Shown here one piece after another: positions 24,640 to 36,776 of a stretch of DNA of 64,000 nucleotides. The notes below the pieces were generated by a model. It saw nothing but the letters and a program-made list of their open reading frames with translations, was not told the DNA's origin and searched no databases. The DNA comes from Eledone cirrhosa (Eukaryota), in NCBI GenBank assembly GCA_964016885.1, contig OZ024757.1, positions 21,390,001 to 21,454,000 on the forward strand. The letters are read 5' to 3'. Every line of letters begins with the position of its first letter. Position 1 is the first letter of the stretch. A program made the translations under genes and the position numbers.

Positions 24640-27175
24640 TAAGACAATGACACTGGATTGAGATCTTTGGTGCCATGCAGTTGTACAGAAGACCTGACTG
24701 CCATTGCATAGAAACTTACAGTCAGTAGGCACCTCTTAACCCAATATACACCCCATCCTCCCTTTCCCGTTCCGTCCACTGTGTCGATGACACAACAGTC
24801 CACACTGTAAAGTGGTCGTGTAGGAGACATGGTAAAAAGGCTCCCAGTTCACGCTGTAAAGTGGCCGTGTAGGAGACATGGTAAACAGGCTCCCAGTTCA
24901 CACTGTAAAGTGGCCATGTAGGAGACATGGTAAACAGGCTCCCAGTTCACGCTGTAAGGTGGTCATGTAGGAGACACGGTAAAAAGGCTCCCAGTCCATA
25001 CTGTAAGGTGGTCATGTAGGTGACACGGTAAAAAGGCTCCCAGTCCACACTGTAAAGTGGTCATGTAGGAGACACAGTAAAAAGGCTCCCAGTCCACACG
25101 GTAAAGTGGTCGTGTAGGTGACACAGTAAAAAGGCTCCCAGTCCACACTGTAAAGTGGTCATGTAGGAGACACAGTAAAAAGGCTCCCAGTCCACACGGT
25201 AAAGTGGTCGTGTAGGTGACACGGTAAAAAGGCTCCCAGTCCACACTGTAAAGTGGTCGTGTAGGTGACACGGTAAAAAGGCTCCCAGTCCACACTGTAA
25301 AGTGGTCGTGTAGGTGACACGGTAAAAAGGCTCCCAGTCCACACTGTAAAGTGGTCGTGTAGGTGACACGGTAAAAAGGCTCCCAGTCCACACTGTAAAG
25401 TGGCCGTGTAGGTGACACGGTAAAAAGGCTCCCAGTCCACACTGTAAAGTAGCCGTGTAGGAGACACAGTAAAAAGGCTCCCAGTCCACGCTGTAAGGTG
25501 GCCGTGTAGGAGACACAGTAAAAAGGCTCCCAGTCCACGCTGTAAAGTGGTCGTGTAGGAGACACAGTAAAAAGGCTCCCAGTCCACACTGTAAAGTGGC
25601 CGTGTAGGAGACACAGTGAAAAGGCTCCCAGTCCACACCGTAAAGTGGTTGTGTAGGAGACACGGTAAAAAGGCTCCCAGTCCACACTGTAAGGTGGCCG
25701 TGTAGGAGACACGGTAAAAAGGCTCCCAGTCCACACCGTAAAGTGGTTGTGTAGGAGACACGGTAAAAAGGCTCCCAGTCCACACTGTAAGGTGGCCGTG
25801 TAGGAGACACAGTAAAAAGGCTCCCAGTCCATACTGTAAGGTGGCCATGTAGGAGACACGGTAAAAAGGCTCCCAGTCCACGCTGTAAAGTGGTCGTGTA
25901 GGAGACACGGTAAAAAGGCTCCCAGTCCACACTGTAAAGTGGTCATGTAGGAGACATGGTAAAAAGGCTCCCAGTCCACACTGTAAGGTGGTCATGTAGG
26001 AGACATGGTAAAAAGGCTCCCAGTTCACGCTGTAAGGTGGTCATGTAGGAGACACGGTAAACAGGCTCCCAGTTCACGCTGTAAGGTGGTCATGTAGGAG
26101 ACACAGTAAAAAGGCTCCCAGTCCACACTGTAAAGTAGCCGTGTAGGAGACACCGTAAAAAGGCTCCCAGTCCACACTGTAAGGTGGCCGTGTAGGAGAC
26201 ACAGTGAAAAGGCTCCCAGTTCACACTGTAAGGTGGTCGTGTAGGAGACACGGTAAACAGGCTCCCAGTCCACACTGTAAGGTGGCCGTGTAGGAGACAC
26301 GGTAAAAAGGCTCCCAGTCCACACCGTAAAGTGGTTGTGTAGGAGACACAGTAAAAAGGCTCCCAGTCCACACTGTAAGGTGGCCGTGTAGGAGACACCG
26401 TAAAAAGGCTCCCAGTCCACGCTGTAAGGTGGCCGTGTAGGAGACACAGTGAAAAGGCTCCCAGTTCACACTGTAAGGTGGTCGTGTAGGAGACACAGTA
26501 AAAAGGCTCCCAGTCCACACCGTAAAGTGGTTGTGTAGGAGACACGGTAAAAAGGCTCCCAGTCCACACTGTAAGGTGGCCGTGTAGGAGACACGGTAAA
26601 AAGGCTCCCAGTCCACACTGTAAGGTGGCCATGTAGGAGACACAGTAAAAAGGCTCCCAGTCCACACCGTAAAGTGGTTGTGTAGGAGACACAGTAAAAA
26701 GGCTCCCAGTCCACACTGTAAGGTGGCCGTGTAGGAGACACGGTAAAAAGGCTCCCAGTCCACACTGTAAGGTGGCCATGTAGGAGACACGGTAAAAAGG
26801 CTCCCAGTCCACACTGTAAAGTGGTCTTGTAGGAGACAGTAAAAAGGCCCCCAGTCCATGCTGTAAGGTGGCCGTGTAGGAGACACGGTAAAAAGGCTCC
26901 CAGTCCACGCTGTAAGGTAGCCGTGTAGGAGACACAGTAAAAAGGCTCCCAGTCCACGCTGTAAGGTGGCCGTGTAGGAGACACAGTAAAAAGGCTCCCA
27001 GTCCACACAGTAAATGTGGTTGGTGTTAGGAATGGCATCCAGCTGTAAAAAAAAAACATGCCAGAGACACTTCCGTATGAGCTAGACATGGTCTACCAAC
27101 CATTCCTGCATCAAATGGAACAAAACTATCTAACCCATGCTAGCGTGGAAGATGGACGTTAAACGATGATGATAA
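24640..27175 (+). mobile_element. Family B RTE-derived element with an internal 49-bp unit expanded to ~45 copies (24797-27010)
   Basis: 5' RTE remnant (AGATCTTTGG..GAAGACC), unit CAGTCCACACTGTAAAGTGGTCGTGTAGGAGACACGGTAAAAAGGCTCC, 3' GGCATCCAGCTG and (GAT)n tail. Confidence 0.9.
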
Positions 27176-27517
27176 GCAATATTGTACAATTATAAGTATC
27201 AAGTCACTTTAACTCTTAATGTCCTGTACCCCATAACACCACGCAAGACAATGTTCAAAAATACAAAACACCACTATGACTTCATTATATCATAAATATA
27301 AAATGTTATTCTAATATTGCTAATTTTCACAGCAATCTGTCCACCAGTAAAGATACTACAAACATTTGAATTAACAAACCATCTTAGCCAAAACATTCTT
27401 GAAAAAGTTATAAAATAAGTGGTGCTATTAAGTTAGACATGGCCTGGGCAGGTACTGGCTGAAAGTTATCAAAGTTATTTAGGAATATAACTGCATCACA
27501 TTAAAAGTCTTTACTTA

Positions 27518-27617
27518 TCCCGCCGAGGTTGACTTTCATCCTTACAGGGTCGATAAAATAAAGTACCAGTAATGCACTGGGTAATTGCTGGCCTTGTGCC
27601 AAAAGTAGAAACAATTA
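27518..27617 (+). mobile_element. 5'-truncated family C SINE
   Basis: CATCCTTACAGGGTCGATAAAATAAAGTACCAG..AGTAGAAACAATT. Confidence 0.85.
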
Positions 27618-27731
27618 AAAGTTTTTATTTGAATACTGAAAATTTTCAATGATCATTCCACTAGTAGAGATACTATAAACCTTTTTAGACATTTTCTGCT
27701 AAATCATTGCAGGTTATATTAACATATATAT

Positions 27732-28078
27732 ATCATCATCATCATCATCATTTCATTTTACGTCCGCTTTTTCCCTGCTTGCAAGGGTGGGACGGGAACT
27801 GATTCTGGCTTGATTTCTACAGCTGGATGCCCTTCCTAACACCAACCTCATTTACAGTGAGTGCTGGGTGCTTTTTTGCCATGGCGCCTCCACGACCACT
27901 TTGCAGTGGAATGATAGGGACCCCAGTCCCTAACATCTCATTTCTACAGCTGAGTAAACTGGAGCAATGCGAAATAAAGTGTCTTGCTCAAGGAAACAAC
28001 ACATCACCCGGTCTGAGAATTGAACTCACAACCCTTCGATTGCAAGGCCAATGCTCTAACCACTAAGCCATGTGCCTC
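27732..28078 (-). mobile_element. Full-length family A SINE
   Basis: A/B boxes and RTE tail. Confidence 0.9.
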
Positions 28079-28112
28079 TATACATATATATGTGTGTGTG
28101 TGTGTGTGTGTG

Positions 28113-28151
<39 letters not shown>

Positions 28152-28224
28152 GTGTGTTGTGTGTGTGTTGTGTGTGTGTGTTGTGTGTGTGTGTGTGTGG
28201 TGTGTGTGTGTGGTGTGTGTGTGT

Positions 28225-28259
<35 letters not shown>

Positions 28260-28308
28260 TGTGGTGTGTGTGTGTGTATATATATCTATGTATATTTATA
28301 TATATATA

Positions 28309-28409
28309 TAGGGTGTCCAAAAAAATGTATACACACTTCAACAGCATTCTAATAAATATCGCCTGTACAGGCAATCAAAGTGTGTATAGATTTTTTGGGG
28401 GACACTCTG
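28309..28409. mobile_element. Tc1/mariner-type ~100-bp MITE (partial second copy at 28597-28692)
   Basis: TIR AGGGTGTCC.AAAAAAATGTATACACACTT / AAGTGTGTATAGATTTTTTGGGGGACACTCTG; TA flanks. Confidence 0.75.
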
Positions 28410-28873
28410 TATATTTGTATGTATATTTATATATGTGTTTGTGTGTGTACATGTGTGTGCTTGTGTGTGTGTGTATTAAAGACAGAAATGCAACATAACA
28501 AACCAGTTGTGTGTGAAAGGTGATTATTTGAAATCTATTTACATACCAAGACCAACAGTAAGGTTTCACCTTCATGTTTGTAACAAGGTTTCAGACGTCC
28601 AAAAAAATGTATACACACTTCAACAGCATTCTAATAAATATCGCCTGTACAGGCAATCAAAGTGTGTATAAATTTTTTTGGGGGACACTCTGTATATTTG
28701 TATGTATATTTATATATGTGTTTGTCTGTGTACATGTGTGTGTGTGTGTGTATTAAAGACAGAAATGCAACATAACAAACCAGTTGTGTGTGAAAGATGA
28801 TTATTTGAAATCTATTTACATACCAAGACCAACAGTAAGGTTTCACCTTCATGTTTGTAACAAGGTTTCAGAC
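28315..28873. repeat. Direct tandem duplication of ~280 bp
   Basis: 28315-28596 is nearly identical to 28597-28873. Confidence 0.95.
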
Positions 28874-28910
28874 ACTTACCTGAAATGGAAAGAGAAATAT
28901 TGATTAGTAA
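28818..28910 (-). promoter_or_regulatory. Candidate recursive splice site (3'ss immediately followed by 5'ss) with 56-nt cryptic RS-exon
   Basis: Minus strand TACTAAT caatatttctctttccattt CAG|GTAAGT (junction 28880/28879); downstream TTG|GTATGT donor at 28824/28823. Confidence 0.65.
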
Positions 28911-28964
28911 ATGATAATTAATTTTCTTTTAATCAAGGAAATAATTTACTTTCATATATTATGC

Positions 28965-29345
28965 TTCCTGATTTAGGCACAAGGCTAATAATTTGCGGGA
29001 GGGGAAAGTTGATTTAATCAACCTCAGCGTGTTACTGGTACTTTATGTTATCGACCCCGTAAGGATGAAAGGCAAAGACTGGTACTTTATTTTATCGACC
29101 CCGTAAGGATGAAAGGCAAAGACTGGGACTTTATTTTATCGACCCCGTAAGGATGAAAGGCAAAGACTGGGACTTTATTTTATCGACCCCGTAAGGATGA
29201 AAGGCAAAGACTGGTACTTTATTTTATCGACCCCGTAAGAATGAAAAGCAAAGCTAACCTTTGCAGGATTTGAAATTAGAATGTAAAGGGATGTAACTAT
29301 ATGCCACAAAGGATGTTGTCTAATGCTCTATCGATTATTGCCAAT
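28965..29345 (-). mobile_element. Family C SINE with its 44-bp central domain amplified 5x (29035-29253)
   Basis: Unit ACTGGTACTTTATTTTATCGACCCCGTAAGGATGAAAGGCAAAG. Confidence 0.85.
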
Positions 29346-30394
29346 CGATCGTGAAACATAAAATATATGATGAAAACAGGAAAATATGTAAGAGTATCAA
29401 AAGTTATATCATTCTGAGATAACTACTGCAGCGTCTTCAAATCACATCCCACCATCTTTCGTTTTGAACTGTTTTTGTTTATACATTTGAAAAGAGGGTT
29501 ACAGCCCTGAAATATCGTGTTGAAATATCCTGGCTAAACATTACTTTGTTTTGATTTATTTGTCATACTTTACCCTTTATATATTTCTACCACATTGTAC
29601 TGGCTTTCAGAAACTTATCAGTTTTTTTATTACATATCTCACAATACATTAACTAGACTACTTTAGAGCTTATAAGTCATCTTGTGTTGCAGAAATTATA
29701 AATAAAAAAATTTAGAACATTATATATTTTTAACGTTTATCAATAAAAATATCTCTCCTTGTGAGATTTTTAGCTGTTATTTCAGGTAGGTCAAACAAAT
29801 ATTTAGCAGCTCCATTCATTTGATCGATTTCTAACTTTATATAGCCTGTATATTAAGAGATCAAAATAACTGTCAAGCATGATCTAGATTGCGGTGGTTT
29901 CTTTTTTTGTTTTTTCTTGTAACAGACACCCATTTGATGAAATGACACACATATAAGAGAATCAGAAAAATGAGAAGGAAACCGGATACCGAACCAGTGG
30001 GGGAATAAATAGCTGGTGGACATTAAGAAATCTTCCATATAAACACCATTGTTGGACAAACATTCCTTACAATAATGGCCTAATAAATGTAAATGATGAT
30101 CCAGAGATTGGTGTAAGTTCAGGAAGAAATATATTGCTTTTTCGTTGAATTACTCAACTTCAAAGGCAGCAGCAAGAATCAGTTGATAAAAACTATTTAT
30201 TTGTTCATTTATTTATTATTCCAAGAGCTTTATGAGATAGAGGATTCTTTTACTGTCTCTGTCTTTTTTTATTTTTTGCTTTTGTTATTGTTGTTTTTAC
30301 ATAGTGTAGCAGATTCCAATTTTATAAATGGATTATGCCACTGCTTGCATTTAGGTTCAGAGGACATAGATTTAGCAGATGACCTTATTTGAAT

Positions 30395-30670
30395 GAGGTG
30401 TGTGGCCTAGTGGTAATGGGGCTTGACTTATGATCATAATGTCACGGATTCAATTCTTGGACTGGGTTATGTGTTGTGTTCTTGAACAAGACACTTCATT
30501 TCACGTTACCTCAGTATACTCAGCTGAAAATGATTGCCAGTAATAACTGGGGGTTTAACTCTGTGATGGACTGGCATCCTGTCCAGGGGGTGTACTCTCA
30601 GTCACTTCATGTCATGGAAAATGGGATAAGCCTAGCCTGATGAGCTTCCAGGCTCAAGATGGACATGATC
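30395..30670 (+). mobile_element. tRNA-derived SINE with V-domain-like segment
   Basis: A box TGGCCTAGTGG, B box GATTCAATTC, TGTGATGGACTGGCATCCTGTCCAGGG. Confidence 0.75.
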
Positions 30671-31561
30671 ATAAGTCAAGCCCCCTTTCCAATGAAATAC
30701 ACAGCATGTGAATCAATTAATGAAGAATTTCGAGGGATTTACTAAAGTTATTAATTATTTCAATAAAGATGGTATTTGTAACATAACATATTGACCCGTA
30801 ATTCCTGATGGAGTCATAGGGGTGCTGTAGACATAGATAGACTACATTTCAAGTGAAATCATTTAGCAAAAATATAATTAGTCAATGGTGGGGAAAATTT
30901 GGGGAAGAACCTAGAGCTGAGTTTTTAAATGTGAATCTTCCATTTTCTCAGCCAGATCTGTCAAAATTTAAAACATATCAGACATTGAACTGTTAATGAA
31001 CAAAGACTATGCTAGCTTTGAATGGATCATATACCATTGAACTATATCATGACCAGACCACAGAGAATCACCTCTGTTTGTGTGGAGACTTCCCAGAAAC
31101 TCTATGGCATTAATTGTTCTAATGCAGAAATTTTCAGTCTGAGAGAGAGGATAGCTTGAAGCTGATCATTGAAAAACTATCAAGATTGATAGATATTTGA
31201 CAATATATTGTCAAATATCTATCAACTATAAACAAGATCTTTCAGTACATGGAGGTTACAAAAAGATTCAACAGAAACCTTTAGCCCCTGTACAGCTGCC
31301 TTTGTTTTTCCCTTTCTCCCCCTCCTACTGGCTTTCCTTTTTTTTTTCATTCTTCTGTCTATCTTGCTTTTGTTTCTTAACTGTCGTGGCTGACTGACTC
31401 TATGTGGATGTTTAAATTGATTAAATGAATAGGTTTTATTGGAGAGAGTTATGTGGTGAGAGGGGTGAAATGAAATCAGATAGTGCATGTGTGCACATGT
31501 GCTTGAGCAAGTATATAATCAAAAGCACTTCCGCTGTGAACACCCAGTGTTTTTGAGAGCT

Positions 31562-31830
31562 ATTATCATTATCATCATTCTAATGTCTGTTTGTCTACAC
31601 TTGCATGGGGTGAGTTTCAGCAATTTGAGATCAGACCTCACCAACACTGCCCAGGTCTTCCTTGGTCTTCCTCTACTGCTGTTTCCTTCCAGTGGGATTT
31701 CCTGGCACTTCTTCACCTAGCAATCATCATCCATGCCATTGCAGTCCATACCAACACAGACTTCTCTCTTGCACACCCCTTTGGATTCCTCTTAAACCCA
31801 GTTTCTATCCACCCAAGCTCTGCCTATGTC
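31562..31830 (-). mobile_element. RTE LINE 3' fragment
   Basis: KKCQEIPLEGNSSRGRPRKTWAVLVRSDL with (GAT)n tail. Confidence 0.8.
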
Positions 31831-32512
31831 TTATATTTACATTGCACAGATATGTAGGACATTATCCAATGTGTTGTTTCTATTTCTGAGACAATATCTT
31901 GGTTATTTTTCAAAATTAATTGAAAATCACAGGCAATGCCTTTGATTAGAAATATGATGCACAAAAGTGTTAAAATTTAGTTTGAGAAGAAGAAGGGTTG
32001 TGTTGATAGTCTAAGCAGTTTGTTTAAGACTAGTAAGGTCATTGCTTCTTGTTTACTCCTAGGTTGAGCAGATCTCTAATCAAAAGTACTTCCATTGTGG
32101 CCATACCATCTGTTTTTCTTTCAGAGCTATGTAGGATTACAATATCTAACATATATCTTCTATATCTAAGACAATCTTTCAATTTTCTAGACTCGTTACC
32201 ATCACCAACATTATCATTTAACAACTGTTGTCCCTGATAGCAACATCAAGTCATAATTAATGGAAAACCATAGGCAATGCCTTTGATTAGAAATATTAGA
32301 AATAGGGCTCTAGTTGTCAACCTCCTTGTGGTAGGCCTTGGAAACTGATCTCTGATCTTGATCAGACAAACAACCTTAACCCTAACAACAACAATGCTGA
32401 GACAGCAACAGATGGATACACAAGAAGAATATAAGAAATATGATAAGGAAAGGGTTAAAGTGTCTAATGTTAAGTCACAAACACCAGCTTGATAATGCAA
32501 AAGTTAGTTATA

Positions 32513-33341
32513 CTAGCAGAAAAACCAGCCTTCGGGTGGTTTTCTGCTAGCATGTGTAGTGTGTATATTGATATTATACGCAGGTATATATACATGTAGA
32601 TATGATACATCAAATAAAATCGTAATTGACAATATATAATACACCCCGTCCCACCACCCCCACCCCCACCCGATCCACACCACCCCGTTCTATGTAAAGT
32701 TATGTTGGTGCCGCGCCATCGAGGCCGAAACAAATGAGATCGTGTAGGTGTCACGACAAAAAAACACACAGTCCACGCTGTAATGTGGCCGTGTAGGCAA
32801 CACGGTAAAAACCTCCCAGACCCACACTGTAAATGTGGTTGGTGTTAGGAAGGGCATCCAACTGTAGAAAACCTGCCAGACAGTCCTATGCGAGCAAGAC
32901 AATCACTCTTGCCTCAAGTGGGACTACCCCCGTCCAAACCCATGCAAGCGTGGAACACGGACGTTAAACGTTGATGATGATGATGATGATGATGATAATA
33001 CACAGAAATTGAACGAAGACTGCGCTACACTGTCTTATTTAATCAGTAACGTAATCCATGATACATTAAAAAAGACGATATTATATATAAACTGCATTAG
33101 GAGAAAATTAGTATGTTTATTTAAGCGATGGCCAACCGGAAGTGTTGACATTTCAGAAATTTTAAAGAAGTGAATCTTTAAATAAACAAAATATATTTAA
33201 TCAACAGCCACGAAATTTAGTAGATAAATTATGTAATATTAATTCATTATTTATTCAAAGTAAACCAACTTATTTTACTAATGGGATAAAAAATTATAAA
33301 CCGTACGCAGTCCCGCGCTCCTCCCTTTATTATAGTTTAGA
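32513..33341 (-). mobile_element. Probable non-autonomous Helitron (contains a family B insertion at 32640-32996)
   Basis: 5' A|TCTAAACTATAATAAA; 3' hairpin then CTAG|T; no TSD; the flanks rejoin into one piggyBac-like MITE arm resembling 33465-33604. Confidence 0.65.
32640..32996 (+). mobile_element. Family B RTE-tailed element
   Basis: Identity to 16095-16548 and 56465-56908; (GAT)n tail. Confidence 0.85.
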
Positions 33342-33562
33342 TTAATTAATCTCTCCACAATCTTGTCTATTTTCAAAACATTCTGAAAATCATAGCAGTG
33401 TCTTTCACCAGAAATATGATAACAAAAGGGATAAAGTGTTTATATTTATTAAAAAACCTTTATGTTCCAAACACCAGCTTAATAACGAGAACATTAATTG
33501 TATTACTAAATACCTAAATCTCTCCAGTTTCTTGATTATTTTCTAAATGATTTGAAAATCAT

Positions 33563-34368
33563 AAGAAGTGTCTTTCAGTAGAAATATGGTAGTGAAAGAG
33601 TTAATAAAATTGGCAGTGTCTTTCAGTAGAAATATGATAGTGAAAGAGTTAATAAAATTGGCAGTGTCTTTCAGTAGAAATATGGTAGTGAAAGAGTTTA
33701 TAACATTGGCAGTGTCTTTCAGTAGAAATATGGTAGTGAAAGAGTTAATGACATTGACAGTGTCTTTCATTAGAAATATGGTAATGAAAGGGTTAATGAC
33801 ATAGACAATGTCTTTCATTAGAAATATGGTGGTGAAAGGGTTAATGACATAGTGTCTTTCATTAGAAATATGGTAGTGAAAGGGTTAATGGCATTGGCAG
33901 TGTCTTTCAGAAGAGACATGGTAATGAAAGAGTTAATGACATTGGCAGTATCTTTCATTAGAAATATGGTGGTGAAAGGGTTAATGACATAGACAGTGTC
34001 TTTCATTAGAAATATGGTAATGAAAGAGTTAATGACATTGGCAGTATCTTTCAGTAGAAATATGGTGGTGAAAGGGTTAATGACATAGACAGTGTCTTTC
34101 AGTAGAAATATGGTAGTGAAAGGGTTAATGACATTGGCAGTGTCTTTCATTAGAAATATGGTAGTGAAAGAGTTAAAGACATAGACAGTGTCTTTCAGTA
34201 GAAATATGGTGGTGAAAGGGTTAATGACATAGACAGTGTCTTTCATTAGAAATATGGTAATGAAAGAGTTAATGACATAGGCAGTGTCTTTCAGCAGAAA
34301 TATGGTAGTGAAAGGGTTAATAACATTGGCAGTGTCTTTCATTAGAAATATGGTAATAAAAGAGTTAA
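33563..34368. repeat. 54-bp tandem repeat (~15 copies) of a piggyBac-like MITE right terminus
   Basis: Unit GCAGTGTCTTTCAGTAGAAATATGGTAGTGAAAGGGTTAATGACATTG; single-copy relatives at ~32450, 33400 and 44000. Confidence 0.85.
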
Positions 34369-35256
34369 CAGCTAGCACTATTCCATACATGGTCACACAT
34401 CAACAACAACAGGTTGGTCCCCAAACCTAGAGATTGCCATCTCATCAGATACCCAAGCTGTTATATGATCCACGCGACACACCACCCTCATTACTATTCA
34501 GGTTCCATGTGATATTAGATCTGGTGACAGCTGCTTCACAAATTCCTCGCATTCGATAATGGATTAAACTTCATTTGAAACTCAAAACAAATGAAACTGT
34601 AGCTATGGATCAACTGGAGTCTCGTGGTTTTATAATGGAGCGAATGGGGTCGGACCAGGGGGTAGGGCAATGAAATCAGATACCCCCTCCCCCCGTGTGT
34701 ATATGTATATTTCCCCCCCACATGTATGTATGTGTGTATATATATGTGTGTGTATATGCATGTGTGTGTATATATGAATGTGTGTATATGTATGTGTGTA
34801 TGTATGTGTGTATATGTATGTGTGTATATATGTATATGTGTGTATATATGTATATATGTGTATATATATGTCTGTGTGTGTGTGTGTATATATGTGTGGG
34901 TATGTATATATGAATATATATATATATATATGTGTGTGTGTCTGTGTGTGTGTATGTATATGTGTGTGTATCAGGGACGAAGGGTCCGTGCATGCAACAC
35001 ATGCAGTGCATGCGTTATAGAATCTTGAGTTGATCAATTGCGTTGGTTGAAGCAAGCAGAATTTTGGCTGCTTACTAAATCGTAGACACATAAAAAGATA
35101 ACACACACACACACACTAGATAACACTACATGCGGCTTTGACCGGGAGGGTCATTTAGAGGGAATTTGGGGGGGGGGGGGGTAAAGCTGCACAGCCCCAC
35201 TTTCCGCCATGGCGATTGGACTGCATGCCCTGCTTTCCGGGTTACTCTTCGCCACT

Positions 35257-35340
<84 letters not shown>

Positions 35341-35343
<3 letters not shown>

Positions 35344-36075
35344 GCACATGGCTTAGTGGTTAGAGCATTGGCCTTGCAATCGAAAGGTTGTGAGTTTAAT
35401 TCTCGGACCGGGTGATGTGTGGTTTCCTTGAGCAAGACACTTTATTTCACATTGTTCCAGTTTACTCAGCTGTAGAAATGAGATGATAGGGACTGGGATC
35501 CCTATCATTCCACTGCAAAGTGGTCGTGTAGGTGCCACGGCAAAAAAGCACCCAGCCCTCACTGTAAAGTGGACGTGTAGGTGCCACAGCAAAAAAAGCA
35601 CCCAGCCCTCACTGTAAAGTGGACGTGTAGGCGCCACAGCAAAAAAAGCACCCAGCCCTCATTGTAAAGTGGACGTGTAGGTGCCACAGCAAAAAAAGCA
35701 CCCAGCCCTCACTGTAAAGTGGACGTGTAGGCGCCACAGCAAAAAAAGCACCCAGCCCTCACTGTAAAGTGGACGTGTAGGCGCCACAGCAAAAAAAGCA
35801 CCCAGCCCTCACTGTAAAGTGGACGTGTAGGCGCCACAGCAAAAAAAGCACCCAGCCCTCACTGTAAAGTGGACGTGTAGGCGCCACAGCAAAAAAAGCA
35901 CCCAACCCTCACTGTAAAGTGGACGTGTAGGCGCCACGGCAAAAAAAGGGCACCCAGCACTCACTGTAAATGAGGTTGGTGTTAGGAAGGGCATCCAGCT
36001 GTAGAAATCAAGCCAGAATCAGTTCCCGTCCCACCCTTGCAAGCAGGGAAAAGTGGACGTAAAATGATGATGGTG
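35341..36075 (+). mobile_element. Family A SINE with internal 50-bp unit amplified ~9x
   Basis: tRNA head, unit CACTGTAAAGTGGACGTGTAGGCGCCACAGCAAAAAAAGCACCCAGCCCT, RTE tail. Confidence 0.92.
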
Positions 36076-36648
36076 ATATGTGTGTGTGTGTGTGTGTCTA
36101 ATGCAAGGCTGTAGTAGAGAGAAATACTAGTGATACAGTTTAACTGAGAAACTAAGTAGTATGACAGATGATGAATTGGTTCAGTGTAAAGTTGGACATT
36201 TATAGAAGCAGAGGGAGGGCAAATATTCCCCTCTCACAGTTGTATATATGTTTATATGTGTGGCTGTTTATATGTGTGGCTGTGTGTATGTGTGCTTCTG
36301 TGTGTGTGTGTGTGGTTCTGTGTGTGTGTGTGGCTGTGTGTATGTGTGTGTTTATGTGTGTGGCTGTGTGTATGTGTGGTTCTGTGTGTGTGTGTGTGTT
36401 TATGTTTGTGTGGCTGTGTGTATGTGTGGTTCTGTGTGTGTGTGGCTGTGTGTATGTGTGGCTGTGTTTATGTGTGGTTCTGTGTGTGTATGTGTGCTTC
36501 TGTGTGTGTGTGTGTGTTTATGTGTGTGTGCATGTGTGGCTGTGTGTATGTGTGTGTATGTGACATCTGCAGAACCAGAGGCAGGGCAAATACTTCCCAT
36601 TCACAGTTATGTGTGTGTGTTTATGTGTGTGAGTGGGTGTGGGCGTTT

Positions 36649-36681
<33 letters not shown>

Positions 36682-36776
36682 TGTGTGTGTGTGTAACACC
36701 CATAGAACAAGAGAGAAAGAAGATATTTCCCTTTCACAATTATATGTATGTTTATTATATGTGTGTGTGTGTGTGT

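Noticed and set aside
29484-29527. Hammerhead-like TTGAAAA-GAGGGT..GCCCT-GAAA
   Set aside because: Core too degenerate and single copy.
29765-29792. Plus-strand TTTCAG|GTAGGT recursive-site-like motif
   Set aside because: Short pyrimidine tract with a competing upstream AG, a weaker donor, and the opposite strand to the strong site.
30636-30660. CTGATGAGC as a hammerhead core
   Set aside because: No GAAA or stem III follows; it is part of a SINE tail.
30680-31200. Possible decayed coding remnant (LCLCGDF motif)
   Set aside because: Only a short motif with stops nearby; family cannot be assigned.
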